This document shows positions 27,636-39,174 of a stretch of DNA of 64,000 nt, one piece after another. The DNA is from Octopus vulgaris (lineage: Eukaryota): assembly GCA_951406725.2 (NCBI GenBank), contig OX597826.1, forward strand, positions 33,914,001 to 33,978,000, in the 5' to 3' direction. Below the pieces are notes generated by a model, which saw nothing but the letters and a program-made list of their open reading frames with translations, made no database searches and had not been told where the DNA came from. The stretch's first letter is position 1; each line of letters begins with the position of its first letter. Both the position numbers and the translations under genes were made by a program.

Positions 27636-27729
27636 ATACTTCTTTATAGTATAGTTCATATTCCATGTACTTGTACTTTGTATTTTTTTGTTGTACACAT
27701 TTCATGACGTCCTGTGCCCATATATATAT

Positions 27730-28450
27730 ATAAATTAATAGATAAATAAAATATATGCATATATACATACATATATGTACGTACCTACCTCTACATGTAT
27801 ATATACATGCATATATGGGTACAGGACACCAAAAAAACGTCGAACACAATGAGAAACGAAAACATAAGCACAAAACCAAGGAAATGGACATTTTTTTAAA
27901 AACAACGAAAAAATAGAGTACAGGACATACAAAACAAGGAAAATTCCCCTTCTTCAGTCGCCTTAATTTCATCTACTCCACGTTTCGAAGGTCAAGGCGA
28001 TACATGTCTTCAATGAAATTTTCCTTCCTGCGAAAATCAAATTAAATAAAATTTGAGATTTTTTTGCGGAGGGGTAAAAATGGTAACAAAAACAGGATAG
28101 TAACGACAGTACAAAATATAAACAGTAATTTTATTTAATTTGATTTTCGCGGGAAGGAAAATTTCATTGAAGACATGTATCACCTTGACCTTCGAAACGT
28201 GGAGTAGATGAAATTAAGGCGACTGAAGAAGGGGAATTTTCCTTGTTTTGTATGTCCTGTACTCTATTTTTTCGTTGTTTTTAAAAAAATGTCCATTTCC
28301 TTGGTTTTGTGTTTATGTTTTCGTTTCTCATTGTGTTCGACGTCTTTTTAGTGTCCTGTACCCATATATGCATGTATATATAAATGTAGAGGTAGGTACG
28401 TACATATATGTATGTATATATGCTTATATTATATTTATTTATTAATTTAT
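27730..28450. repeat. Long near-perfect inverted repeat, arms about 320 bp, spacer about 73 bp
   Basis: 27730-28053 is the reverse complement of 28127-28450; near-identical 65-aa ORFs on opposite strands. Confidence 0.95.
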
Positions 28451-28493
28451 TATATGACAGAACGCACGCATCCCTTTCTAAGTAAGATTGTTC

Positions 28494-28534
<41 letters not shown>

Positions 28535-28588
28535 ATATAGATGTAAGTATGTACATATACATATGTATTTATGCATTTATATATTATT

Positions 28589-28625
<37 letters not shown>

Positions 28626-28799
28626 CACACATGCATATATACAAACTCAATAGGCTTCACTCAGTTTTCAGCAATTAAATCCACTCTCAATGCTTTGGTA
28701 ACCCCAGAGTTATAGTAGAAGAGAATTGTCTATTGTACCATACAATCAGATTGAATCCAAAGCCACATGGCCAGGAGGCAAACATCTTAATCATACTTT

Positions 28800-30400
28800 A
28801 ATAGTTTTCCTTTGTTGATTTAAATGGTGCCCAGAATCAGAATGGTTTGGCTGAAGACTCCAGAGATTATATGTGATAAATGTAATCAATGGCATTTACT
28901 TAATCAATAGACTTCAACTGGGTCTCAAAAATAGCAGCTCAATTCTCCCTAACATTGAGTAGAGTCTATACTGAAGGAATTTAATGGCCTAATTATCTAT
29001 CAGGATGACATACTCATCTTTGTAGCAACTCAGAATGAATTGAAGATTTGAGAAAATGCAGTTAATGCTAGACTGTAAGGAACCAAAGAATCAATTAATC
29101 CAAATATATGCATTAATAATATGTCTTTAATAGATTTCCTAGAAATTAAGAATTCAAAGAATGGGTTGAAGCCACCATAAAGTCAAATATAGAATACAAG
29201 ATTCTACACAATAATGTTACAGACTGGAAATAAAATTGCAGAAACTTCTGAGGTTGATAAACTAGTTTATGCAAAATATCCCATAAAATATAGTTCAGTT
29301 TCTTCTTGCCGTAAAAAGGAATGTCTTGTAGATTGCATCAAGATAAAGCCTTTTAGAAGACAAATAATATTCTTAGGAATTGGTTTGGAGTACATTTCTT
29401 TGGTGTGCTACAATTCCCTGTTTTTAAAAGATGTTGATGTTCCAAGAGATATCTTTGGTCATAACTGTTTACAAATTGACCAGCTTTATTAAAACTGTTC
29501 CTGTAGCAGCTTGGATAAATTTAAGGGAAAGTCAAGCATTGATCTTTTCTAGCTTTCCAATGACAGTGGTATCTAACAATCTGCCATTCATTTAAAGAAC
29601 TGTTTAAGCTCACTTGCATCCAAGAAAATCAAAAGTGCAAAATCTAATGGTGCAGTAGAAAGATCTGCATGAAAAGTTTTTCAGACAATCACTTGGGAAG
29701 TTTGGTGAGAATTGACTAAAGGTACTTCAGAACCATTATAGTACACCTTGTGCATGGATGTCGTCTCCATGTGAGAAATTACTTATAAGACAATTAAGAG
29801 CAGCAGTAAACTATTTTATGAGATTGAACAAAGAGTTCATTCCAAGAACAATACAATAGGATATCTCACACATGTTTATTGTATGATTCATGTTGGCAGA
29901 GACACAGACTAGATTATATGTGAAGATGAAAAAGCTCAGTTGGTGTTAATTGAACAGATAAATAGCTTTTAATCATCATCCTCTTAACACATCTGCTAAC
30001 CATGATCTTAGTTTTGACCTAATACAAGATAGTTTCTATATTCTGTAGCTGTGTCATAAAGGCTATTATATGACACTGATATAAATTTCCAATTAAAGAT
30101 TATTAATAATTATGAAGTTGAAGTGAATGGATTTAGCATGTCCAACATCGTTAGCTTCTTCTTCTCCCCTAGAGTTACCACATGATCATGTAGCCCATTG
30201 TAATAATGTCGCTAACAAATCACCAATTTTACAAACTATTTCTGCAACTAATATTCCATCTCAAACACTTCACATACCACCAGCACTAAAAATTCACGCT
30301 AAGCCACATAGCAACTTAATGAGTAATTCAAAATCCCCACACAGGAGCTGTAGAATCTCAAAAGGAATTTGGAATCCACAAAGATACAATGACTGAAACT
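28800..30400 (+). pseudogene. Highly decayed Ty3/Gypsy-type pol (RT to integrase)
   Basis: Residual motifs NRLQLGLKNS (about 28906), YQDDILI (28998), SNGAVER (29643), terminal RSCRISK..NPQRYND*; many stops and frameshifts. Confidence 0.7.
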
Positions 30401-30801
30401 ACTTATCATTTGTTGCTAGAATAATGCTATAGTTTGTAGAATTCTAAATAATTATTTCGTTTTCCATTCTATTATTAATAAATACACCTGTACAGTGCAC
30501 GAGGGAGATGAATAAAATGCTTTTGCTCTTTCATCTAGGGAACTGTGTTCAATGATATTGGTGAAATATGATACTAAGTTATAGCATGTGTCTGAAGATT
30601 TTGAGTACTAAAGACTAGTCTGCTTTATTTAGTTTTTAACTTTCAGTTTATTTAGTTAAATAAATGACTTACTAATTTCACTGGCATTACTCCCTTAATT
30701 ACTAATCTGGAGTTGTTTAATTATCAAATTCTTCCATAGAAAATTTTGGATTTAGAGAAAAAGATAAGTTAATTATTTTGGTCCCAATACTTACGGGCAC
30801 T

Positions 30802-31140
30802 AAGGTGGTGAGCTAGCAGAATCAATTCCATGCCAGGCAAAGTGGTTAGCAGCATTTCATTTATCTTTAGATTCCGAGTTCAAATTCTGTCAAGGTTGAC
30901 TTTGTCCTTTTGTCCTTTTGGGGTTGATAAATTAAATCCCAGCTGAGCACTTGGGGGGGGGGGTCGATGCAATAAACTTACCCCTTCCCCAAATTTGCTG
31001 GCCTTGTGCCAAAATTTGAAACCACTAATTACTGGTACTTCGTTTTAGCGACCGCAGGAGGATAAAAGGCAAAATGAATCCCAGTGAGACTATAAAGAAC
31101 TGGACTGCCTGGCATTTTGTCTGGCGCACTACCGATTCCC
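30802..31140. mobile_element. SINE B (+) followed by an inverted partial SINE B (-)
   Basis: aaggtggtgagctagcagaatc...aaaatttgaaacc, then actggtactt...aggataaaaggcaaa...gcattttgtctggcgc. Confidence 0.75.
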
Positions 31141-31294
31141 TCAATCACAAAATTCTTGTCTCAGAAATACATACAAACACAATATTCTCAGCATTTTGCT
31201 CAGTCCTGAGCCTGTGAAATTCTTCCAACTCTTTTCTTACAGCCAACTATTCTGTGTAATGACTCAGAATACTGTCTTCAATAGCACGTACATA

Positions 31295-31432
31295 TATACA
31301 TACATGTATTTAAATACATGTATATACATACATGTATATACATACATGTATATACATACATGTATATACATACATGTATATACATACATGTATATACATA
31401 CATGTATATACATACATATATATATATACATA
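31295..31432. repeat. 14-bp tandem repeat catgtatatacata
   Basis: Direct reading, about 8 units. Confidence 0.85.
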
Positions 31433-31464
31433 CATGGGGACAGCTGCATAAAGAAGTGATGATT

Positions 31465-31918
31465 TCTAACTGTCAAGGAAACCTGTGGAAGAGGTAGAGC
31501 CAGGAATCTGTGGGATGAGGTAGGAAAATATGATCATCAGAAGTTGAGTGTTGAGGGAGACAAGTGATCGGTTCGAGACTTTTGGTGATTTGATGTGCTT
31601 CAGGAGAAATATCAAACTTAGTGAAACCATAGTTGTGGCCATGTTGTGCTTTACAAAATCACAGTCATGGCCAGTGCCAGTCACATGTAGGATGCAACCA
31701 TGCCAGTGATTTGAAATAGACACCTGTGACGGTGACATAAAAACATCCACGCTGGTGATAGGTAAGACACTCAGAACACTTTGTGGAGTGGTTGGTGTTA
31801 GGAAGGGCATCCAGCCATAGAAACAGAGCGAAATCAGACGGGAGCCTGGTGCAGCCATCTGGCATAGCAGTTACAGTCAAGTTGTCTAACACAGCATGGA
31901 AAATGGATACTATACTAA

Positions 31919-31949
<31 letters not shown>

Positions 31950-31955
31950 CGACGA
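31465..31955 (+). mobile_element. Decayed RTE LINE 3' end carrying the family C tail
   Basis: Peptide remnant GTCGRGRARNLWDEVGKYD, then UTR with gtggttggtgttaggaagggcatccagcc and a (GAT)n tail. Confidence 0.7.
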
Positions 31956-31994
31956 CATACATGTTGAAACATCTGTACAATGTGAGGTCAATGT

Positions 31995-32003
31995 GAAGAA
32001 GAG

Positions 32004-32035
<32 letters not shown>

Positions 32036-32260
32036 AGAAGTAGAAGTAGAAGAAGAAGTAAAAGAAGAAGAACAAGAAGAAAAAAAGAAAGAAGAGGAGA
32101 AGAAAAGAAGAAGAGGGGAGGAAGAAGAAGAAGGAGAAGAAGAAGAAGAAGGAAGAAGAAGAAGAAGAAGAAGAAGAAGAAGAAGAAGAAGAAGACGAAG
32201 ACGAAGAAGAAGAAGAAGAAGAAGAAGAAGAAGAAGAAGAAGAAGAAGAAGAAGAAGAAG
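31995..32260. repeat. (GAA)n purine tract
   Basis: Direct reading. Confidence 0.95.
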
Positions 32261-32712
32261 GGGAATGGGTTCCAATCAATGCGACAAAGTGTAAGAAAGC
32301 GAACGTGAATAGTGAAGGAGATAATTTTTGTAAATCATTTGTTGTAAGAAAATCAAAACATATCTTGGCCTCTAAGACATTTACTATGTCTTCTGATTTC
32401 CTTTGTTTGTACAAGTCAGCAATTTACATTATCATCGCATCCACTTCAAAAGAAAATAAACATCAAAACGCATTAGCAAGTTTCAGTTGCGTGGTGACTT
32501 CGATATCTAAAAGTCTTACATGTATAAATATAGATAATTACATATATATATATGTATATATATGTATATATATGTATGTGTGTGTGTGTGTGTTATATAT
32601 AAATATATATATATATATGTGTGTATGTGTTGTCTATATAAATATATATATATATATATATGCACATGCATATATATAATGTATGTATATATACATGTGT
32701 GTGTATATATAC

Positions 32713-32754
<42 letters not shown>

Positions 32755-32759
32755 GCATA

Positions 32760-33491
32760 TATATATGTATATATACATGTATGTGTATATATACATATGT
32801 ATGTATATATATATGTATATATTAGAGAGATAGAGTGATAGAGACAGATGTATGTATATTAAGAATACATGGAAGTATGTATGCACACAGGTTTAATAAA
32901 GTAAAACAAGTTAATATCTTAGACAATTATAGCTAATAGCAAAAATAATCAATAAAACAACATCCACACACACACACACACACATGCACACACACTCACA
33001 CACACACACATGCACATCGAGACAAAAAAAATACACATGTAAAAATTCATGAAGCAATGTTGTTTGTCAAATATAATAATCATAGGAGAGTCTTACAATG
33101 ATGTATTTGGGATGTGTGCATGTATGTGGGTGTGTGTGAGGGAGGAGAGAGTATGTGTGTATATGTGTGTGTGTATGTGTGTATGTATGTGTGTGTGTGT
33201 GTGTGTCTTATGGGATGTGTACATCCAAATGAATATAGCTCGTACACCAAAACATCTCTCTCTTAAATATATTCTTTTATTTGTTTCAGACATTTGGCTG
33301 CAGTCATGATAGAGCATCACTCTTAGTTGAGCAAATAAACCCCAGGACTTATTCTGTTGGTCTTTTTTGCTGAACCGTTAAGTTACGGTGGTATAAATAT
33401 GCCAACATCAGTTGTCAAGCAATGTTGGGGGACAAACACAGACACACAAACATATACATATGTATATACATATATGTACATGTATATATAC

Positions 33492-33545
<54 letters not shown>

Positions 33546-34240
33546 GTATATACATGTATGTGTATATATACATATGTATGTATATATATATATATATTAG
33601 AGAGATAGAGTGATAGAGACAGATGTATATATACATGGAAGTATGTATGCACACAGGTTTAATAAAGTAAAACAAGTTAATATAGACAATTATAGCTAAT
33701 AGCAAAAATAATCAATAAAACAACATCCACACACACACACACACACATGCACACACATCACACACACACACACATGCACATCGAGACAAAAAGAAATACA
33801 CATGTAAAAATTCATGAAGCAATGTTGTTTGTCAAATATAATAATCATAGGAGAGTCTTACAATGATGTATTTGGGATGTGTGCATGTATGTGGGTGTGT
33901 GTGAGGGAGGAGAGAGTATGTGTGTATATGTGTGTGTGTATGTGTGTACGTGTGTGTGTGTGTGTCTTATAGGATGTGTACGTCCAAATGAATATAGCTT
34001 GTACACCAAAACATCTCTCTCTTAAATATATTCTTTTATTTGTTTCAGACATTTGGCTGCAGTCATGATAGAGCATCACTCTTAGTTGAGCAAATAAACC
34101 CCAGGACTTATTCTGTTGGTCTTTTTTGCTGAACCGTTAAGTTACAGTGGTATAAATATGCCAACATCAGTCGTCAAGCAATGTTGGGGGACAAACACAG
34201 ACACACAAACATATACATATGTATATACATATATACATAT
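32760..34240. repeat. Tandem duplication, unit about 775 bp, including a SINE A 3' half
   Basis: attagagagatagagtgatagagacag at 32821 and 33596; near-identical sequence through the SINE fragment. Confidence 0.95.
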
Positions 34241-34290
34241 ACATACATTTTTTCTTCTGTCTTCCCTTCTCTGAATCTTTCCTTTTCCTA

Positions 34291-34325
34291 TGTTTCTGAC
34301 AAAGAGCTCTGCTCGAAAGTAACAC
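34291..34325 (+). ncRNA. Degenerate minimal hammerhead motif in a short repeat (about 34245-34420)
   Basis: tgttt-ctgacaa-a-gagc tct gctc-gaaa-g-ta-aca; one core change (CGA>CAA). Confidence 0.45.
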
Positions 34326-34423
34326 CCTCCCCTTTCCCTTCCTTCCTGAGCGTCCAATGATACTATATTTGTTCCACGTCCTCGTGCTGTTGTGTTTTCT
34401 TGTTTGGATTAACTTTAACTACT

Positions 34424-34460
<37 letters not shown>

Positions 34461-34742
34461 GCTTAAGAGATATTTGAACCAATAAATGCTTTTCACAACA
34501 CTTTGTCATGAACAAAAATTTCTTGCCTATGGCTTAAGACAATAAAGTGTTAAGATACCATAGTTCAGATCAGTTCCTATCTGACTGAAGGATGTATTTA
34601 AAACTTGTTTCTTCTCTTTAGCACCAGATCCCAGACCAAATCTTCCCAAAATCATGTTAACTCAAAACTTTATTGAATCTTTTCTCATATTTTAGCTCAA
34701 ATCTAAAGGTTTTTATTGCTATAAATTTTGACACTGTCTTAA

Positions 34743-34949
34743 CCCATTAAGTCTCAGAGTTCTTAAATTTCTGAATATTACTTTTAAATTTTTACAAATG
34801 ATTGAAAATAGGTTAAAATGAAAAAAATATTTATTAAAACTCCTTTACTTCAAATAGAAATGAAAATACTTGGTGTCCTATAAATAGGACAGTGAGACAA
34901 TGTGGTATAGCTTATTTAATGTTCTCATAGGACACTGGGACTTAATGGG
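34743..34949. mobile_element. piggyBac-type MITE
   Basis: TTAA on both sides; TIRs cccattaagtctcagagt / acactgggacttaatggg. Confidence 0.8.
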
Positions 34950-35267
34950 TTAATAAACTATTTTTCCTTATTTCCAATCTTGTTTTACCACCTTTATATC
35001 TTGATATTTACACATACAACATTTCAAACATAATTCCAATAGAAGTTGATAACATTTTGAACATTCATGAATTTAAATTTGATTTGTGAAAGAAAATCTT
35101 TGGTTGTTTCATTATACAAAAGAACTTTTGCTTCTTCAAGAATTCACTCAATATCAGACCACCACTTCAGATTCCATGGATTTAATCTGGAATGAAAGGA
35201 TTTGATCAACAATCAAATTATAACTCGGGAGTACCATACCCCAAACCATTAAAAATGCTTCACTTCC

Positions 35268-35640
35268 AAAATATATGTCAAAGTTAAAAAGACAGTTCTA
35301 TATTTAAAGGGATGAAGAATTATGTACATTATTTACATTTGATGGATATTTGCCCTTATCTTGTTTGTTGTTAACACGTTTTGGCTGATATATCCTCCAG
35401 CCTTCACCAGGTGTCTTGGGGGAAATTTCAAACCTGGGTTCTCATTCCTAAAGTACTTTTCGATGTTATTATTATTAGTATTATCATTATTCAGGTCACT
35501 GTCTGGAATTGAACTCGGAATCTTGGTGTTAGTAGCCAGTGCTCTTTACCACTATGCCACGGGCATATGGTGTAGTGGTTAAGAGCATGGGCTACTAACC
35601 CCAAGATTCCAGGCAGTGACCTGAATAATAATAATAATAG
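35268..35640. mobile_element. tRNA-head/hammerhead element (-) with head-to-head partial copy (+), unit 1
   Basis: Minus arm: tggcatagtggtaaagagc..gagttcaattcc head, (AAT)n, hammerhead-like tail; plus-arm head at 35568-35625. Confidence 0.85.
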
Positions 35641-35741
35641 TTGTTGTTGGCATCCTTTTTGTCTCGGGAGACAATGGAGTTGCGCATAAAATAATCTAGT
35701 CTCGCTTATACATTTCATGTCCCAATACATTTTCTGCTGCG

Positions 35742-36086
35742 AAAATATATGTCAAAGTTAAAAAGACAGTTCTATATTTAAGAGATAAGAAATTATGTAC
35801 ATTATTTACATTTGATGGATATTTGTCCTCATCTTGTTTGTTGTTAACATGTTTTGGCTGATATATCCTCCAGCCTTCATCAGGTGTCTTGGGGAAATTT
35901 CAAACCTGGGTTCTCATTCCTAAGGTATTTTTTGATGTTATTATTATTATTAATATTATTAGTCACTGACTGGAATTGAACTCAGAATCTTGGGATTAGT
36001 AGCCCATGATTTTAACCACTATGCCACAGGCATATGATGTAGTGGTTAAGAGCATGGGCTACTAACCCCAAGATTCCAGGCAGTGA

Positions 36087-36126
<40 letters not shown>

Positions 36127-36290
36127 CATAATAATAATAATCATAATAACATTGAAAAATACCTTAGGAATGAAAACCCAGGTTCAAAATTTCCCCAAGA
36201 CACCTGATGAAGGCTGGAGGGTATATCAGCCAAAACGCTGTGTTAACAAACAAGACAAGGACAAATATCCGTCAAATGTAAATAATGTAA
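35742..36290. mobile_element. tRNA-head/hammerhead element palindrome, unit 2 (both arms carry head and tail)
   Basis: About 35800-36026 (-) and 36030-36290 (+) are inverted copies; each has head, (AAT)n and aagacacctgatgaaggctg...cagcc. Confidence 0.9.
36199..36244 (+). ncRNA. Minimal type I hammerhead motif, GAAA decayed to AAAA
   Basis: gacac-CTGATGA-a-ggctg gagggtatat cagcc-aaaa-cg-ct-gtgtt; other copies supply gaaacgt (7910) and gaacgttgtg (96). Confidence 0.6.
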
Positions 36291-36636
36291 AGTTTAAAAT
36301 GTTTCCAAAAATGTTAATTAATCTCAGAGTACGTCATTGAATTTCTGAATTGGTTGAATGTAATTCTCCAACCAATAACCAGCTTCATAATTCTCTCTGT
36401 AATTTCACTTCTATTTTTAAACATCGTAGTTTCTTGTCAGTGTGGTTAGAAATTTGCTTCACAGCCACAAGGGTCTGTGTTCAAGTTGCATGGCATGGCA
36501 CCTTAAGTAAGTGTCTTCTATTATAGCTCCAAGTTGACCAAAGTCTTGTGAGTGGATGTGATGGATGGAAACTGAAAGAAGCATGTTGTGTATATATATA
36601 TAATAATAATAATAATAAATAATAATAATAATAATG

Positions 36637-36673
<37 letters not shown>

Positions 36674-36687
36674 TAATTAATAATAAT

Positions 36688-36923
36688 AATAAATGTACGT
36701 ATCTTAACTTATAATAATTATCAAATAGATACAGAAAAATATGTTTTTACTATAAATAATTGAAAAACATTTAACAACAATAAAACCATAATTTATCGAT
36801 AAGAAAAGTTATGGCTTTATTTTAAGTAATATTGTTAAATGTTTTTCGATTATTTATTGTTAAAATACATATTTTTCTATATCTATTTGATAATTATAAT
36901 AAGTTAAGATACGTACATTTATT
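36688..36923. repeat. Inverted repeat, arms about 90 bp
   Basis: aataaatgtacgtatcttaactta...acatttaacaa / ttgttaaatgt...taagttaagatacgtacatttatt. Confidence 0.9.
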
Positions 36924-36952
36924 TTATTATTATTATTTATATTATCATTTTA

Positions 36953-37070
36953 GACCTGATGAGTGACTATATTTTTGAATAGAATTAATTTTAGATTGAT
37001 TTAATTTTAAATCGAATTGATTTTATTATAATTATCTATTTGAAAATATAGCCACAAAATGCACATAGTC
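36953..37070 (+). ncRNA. Hammerhead motif with long stem II, CpG-decayed
   Basis: gac-CTGATGA-gtgactatatttt...aaaatatagccac-aaaa-tgcaca-ta-gtc, consistent with an ancestral gtcac-gaaa-cgcgcg-ta-gtc. Confidence 0.6.
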
Positions 37071-37222
37071 AATTTACTACTATTTACTATTTATTGTTTA
37101 CATACTTTACTGATTTTTAGAATAAGGTTTTTATAGTATATTTATTTTTTCTATATGGTGTGAATAATGTCTTTCACTATTGAATTGCTTAATAGAGGTT
37201 TTTCTCTAAATTACATACATGT

Positions 37223-37253
<31 letters not shown>

Positions 37254-37957
37254 GGGTGTGTGTGTGTCTTTGTGACTGTTTATCCACTGCTCACCACTTG
37301 ACAACTGGTGTTGGTGTGTTTATATCCCCATAGCTTAGTGTTTTGGCTAAAGAGACTAACTGAATAAATACCAGACTTCAAAAAGGAAGCCCCAGGCTCA
37401 GTTTGTTCAACTAAAATTCTTCAGTGTCATGCTTCAGCATGGCTGCAGTCTTAAAACTGAAACCAAAAAAATATAAACAAAATGATAAAAGATAAAAACA
37501 AAAGCTATTACAGGGTGGTCATTTGGATTTGTGTCACAGTCCAGTGGACCAAAGTAGCGTAAAACATTTCTGGGGTTAATATAATCCTAGATATGCACCA
37601 TTTTTTGGAAGTAGATCTCACCCTGGGGCCTGTGTCTATAAACTGAACAGCTAATGGGATACAAACACAAAATTTGTATTTATTGGTATAGATGTGAATG
37701 TGTTTGCATCTCCTTGTCCGGATATCACATGTTTACTATAAACAAACATCCCTGCCATAAAAACAACGTCTTTCATTTGCAATCTTCCGTGAAAACATGT
37801 CTGGCCATTGTGTTGTCCATGTTTCATAGACCAAGGGAAATAAATGCCACCTTTGCTAGAAATCAGGTTTGCCGACAAGAAGACCATCTGGTCATAAAAA
37901 TATTCTATCTCAATGGACCATGTCTGACTCATGCAAACATATAAAAGTGGACGCTAA

Positions 37958-38078
37958 AATGATGATGAAGATGATGATGATGATGAGGAGGAGGAGGAAG
38001 TGGAGGCGAAGGAGTATTATGATGACAATTACAATGGTGGTAATGATTATGACAATGGGGATGATGAAGATGATTATA

Positions 38079-38112
<34 letters not shown>

Positions 38113-38540
38113 CAATGATGACAACGATGACGACGATGATGACGACGATGGTGGTAATCATAATGATTGCTATTATGATAATTGTGATGGTGATCATGTT
38201 TATTATTGTGATAATGGTTATAACGGACATTGATGATCAGTATCATCTTAACCATCTTCATTTGTCATCGTCATTGCCTTCATCATCATTATCATCATCA
38301 TCATCACCATCATCATAATTATCACCCCCCTCATCCTCATCATTTCCTTCGTCATTACCATTGTTATCACTGCCATCACTGTCGTTATCATCACCATCAT
38401 TATCATTGCTGGCATTGTCATCACTCACCACCTTCATCACTACCATCATCGTCATCATCATCATCACCGTCGTCGTCGTCATCGTCATCAATATCATCAT
38501 CATCATCATCATCACCACCACCACCATCATCATCATCTTT
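37958..38540. repeat. Degenerate (GAT)n block followed by (CAT)n block
   Basis: Direct reading; strand switch near 38240. Confidence 0.9.
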
Positions 38541-39174
38541 TACCAACACGAGAACCATTATCAAGATCAACTAATCATTACGAAGATAATCATACACATT
38601 TTTTTGATTCATAATTTTATTAAGAAATTGAATTTCTTGCAGAATTTCTCAAACAAAACAAAACAAAACAAAACAGAACAAAGAAAAATAGAAAAAAAAA
38701 AGTAAAAAGAAAAAAAAAACAGAGCAAGAAAATGAATATTACTTTCAACTACTGATTATAATTCCTGAAATTGTTGCAACAATTATATCTTAACTCTGTT
38801 GTCTTCTGATTACTGCCTCATGTTCTGTTGAACCAAAATAAAAATAAAAATAAAGAAACAACATAAAGAAAAAAAAACGTTAATATTCTGCGAAGCTTAA
38901 CTATTAGAATCTCTGAAATTGTGATCAGATCTAGTTATCGAGTGCATTATTAAAAAAACAAATTGGATGTAATCAATTTTGGTTTTTTTAAATTGTCAGG
39001 AATTTTGCAAAAGTTTCATCTTTGCTTAGTAATAATTAGTTTGCTTACCAAAGTTGTTTTAACTAATTATTTATAATGTCTACCTTCAATAAGTGTGTTG
39101 TCTGGAATGAAACAGGGTGTATGATATCTGGAGTGGAATGTGATCCCTTTATCTATACAGGGTACCTAAAAAAG

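Larger units (their letters stand above)
36438..37497 (+). mobile_element. SINE A split by an insertion of about 620 bp in its internal (TA)n
   Basis: 5' half at 36438-36600, 3' half at 37221-37497. Confidence 0.8.

Noticed and set aside
30127-30396. 89-aa ORF as a host gene
   Set aside because: Better explained as the low-complexity C-terminal end of the decayed Gypsy pol
35491-35625. Functional tRNA genes
   Set aside because: A/B boxes are present but there is no proper acceptor stem, the B box is deleted in the plus arms, and the sequence is fused to a repeat body; read as a SINE head
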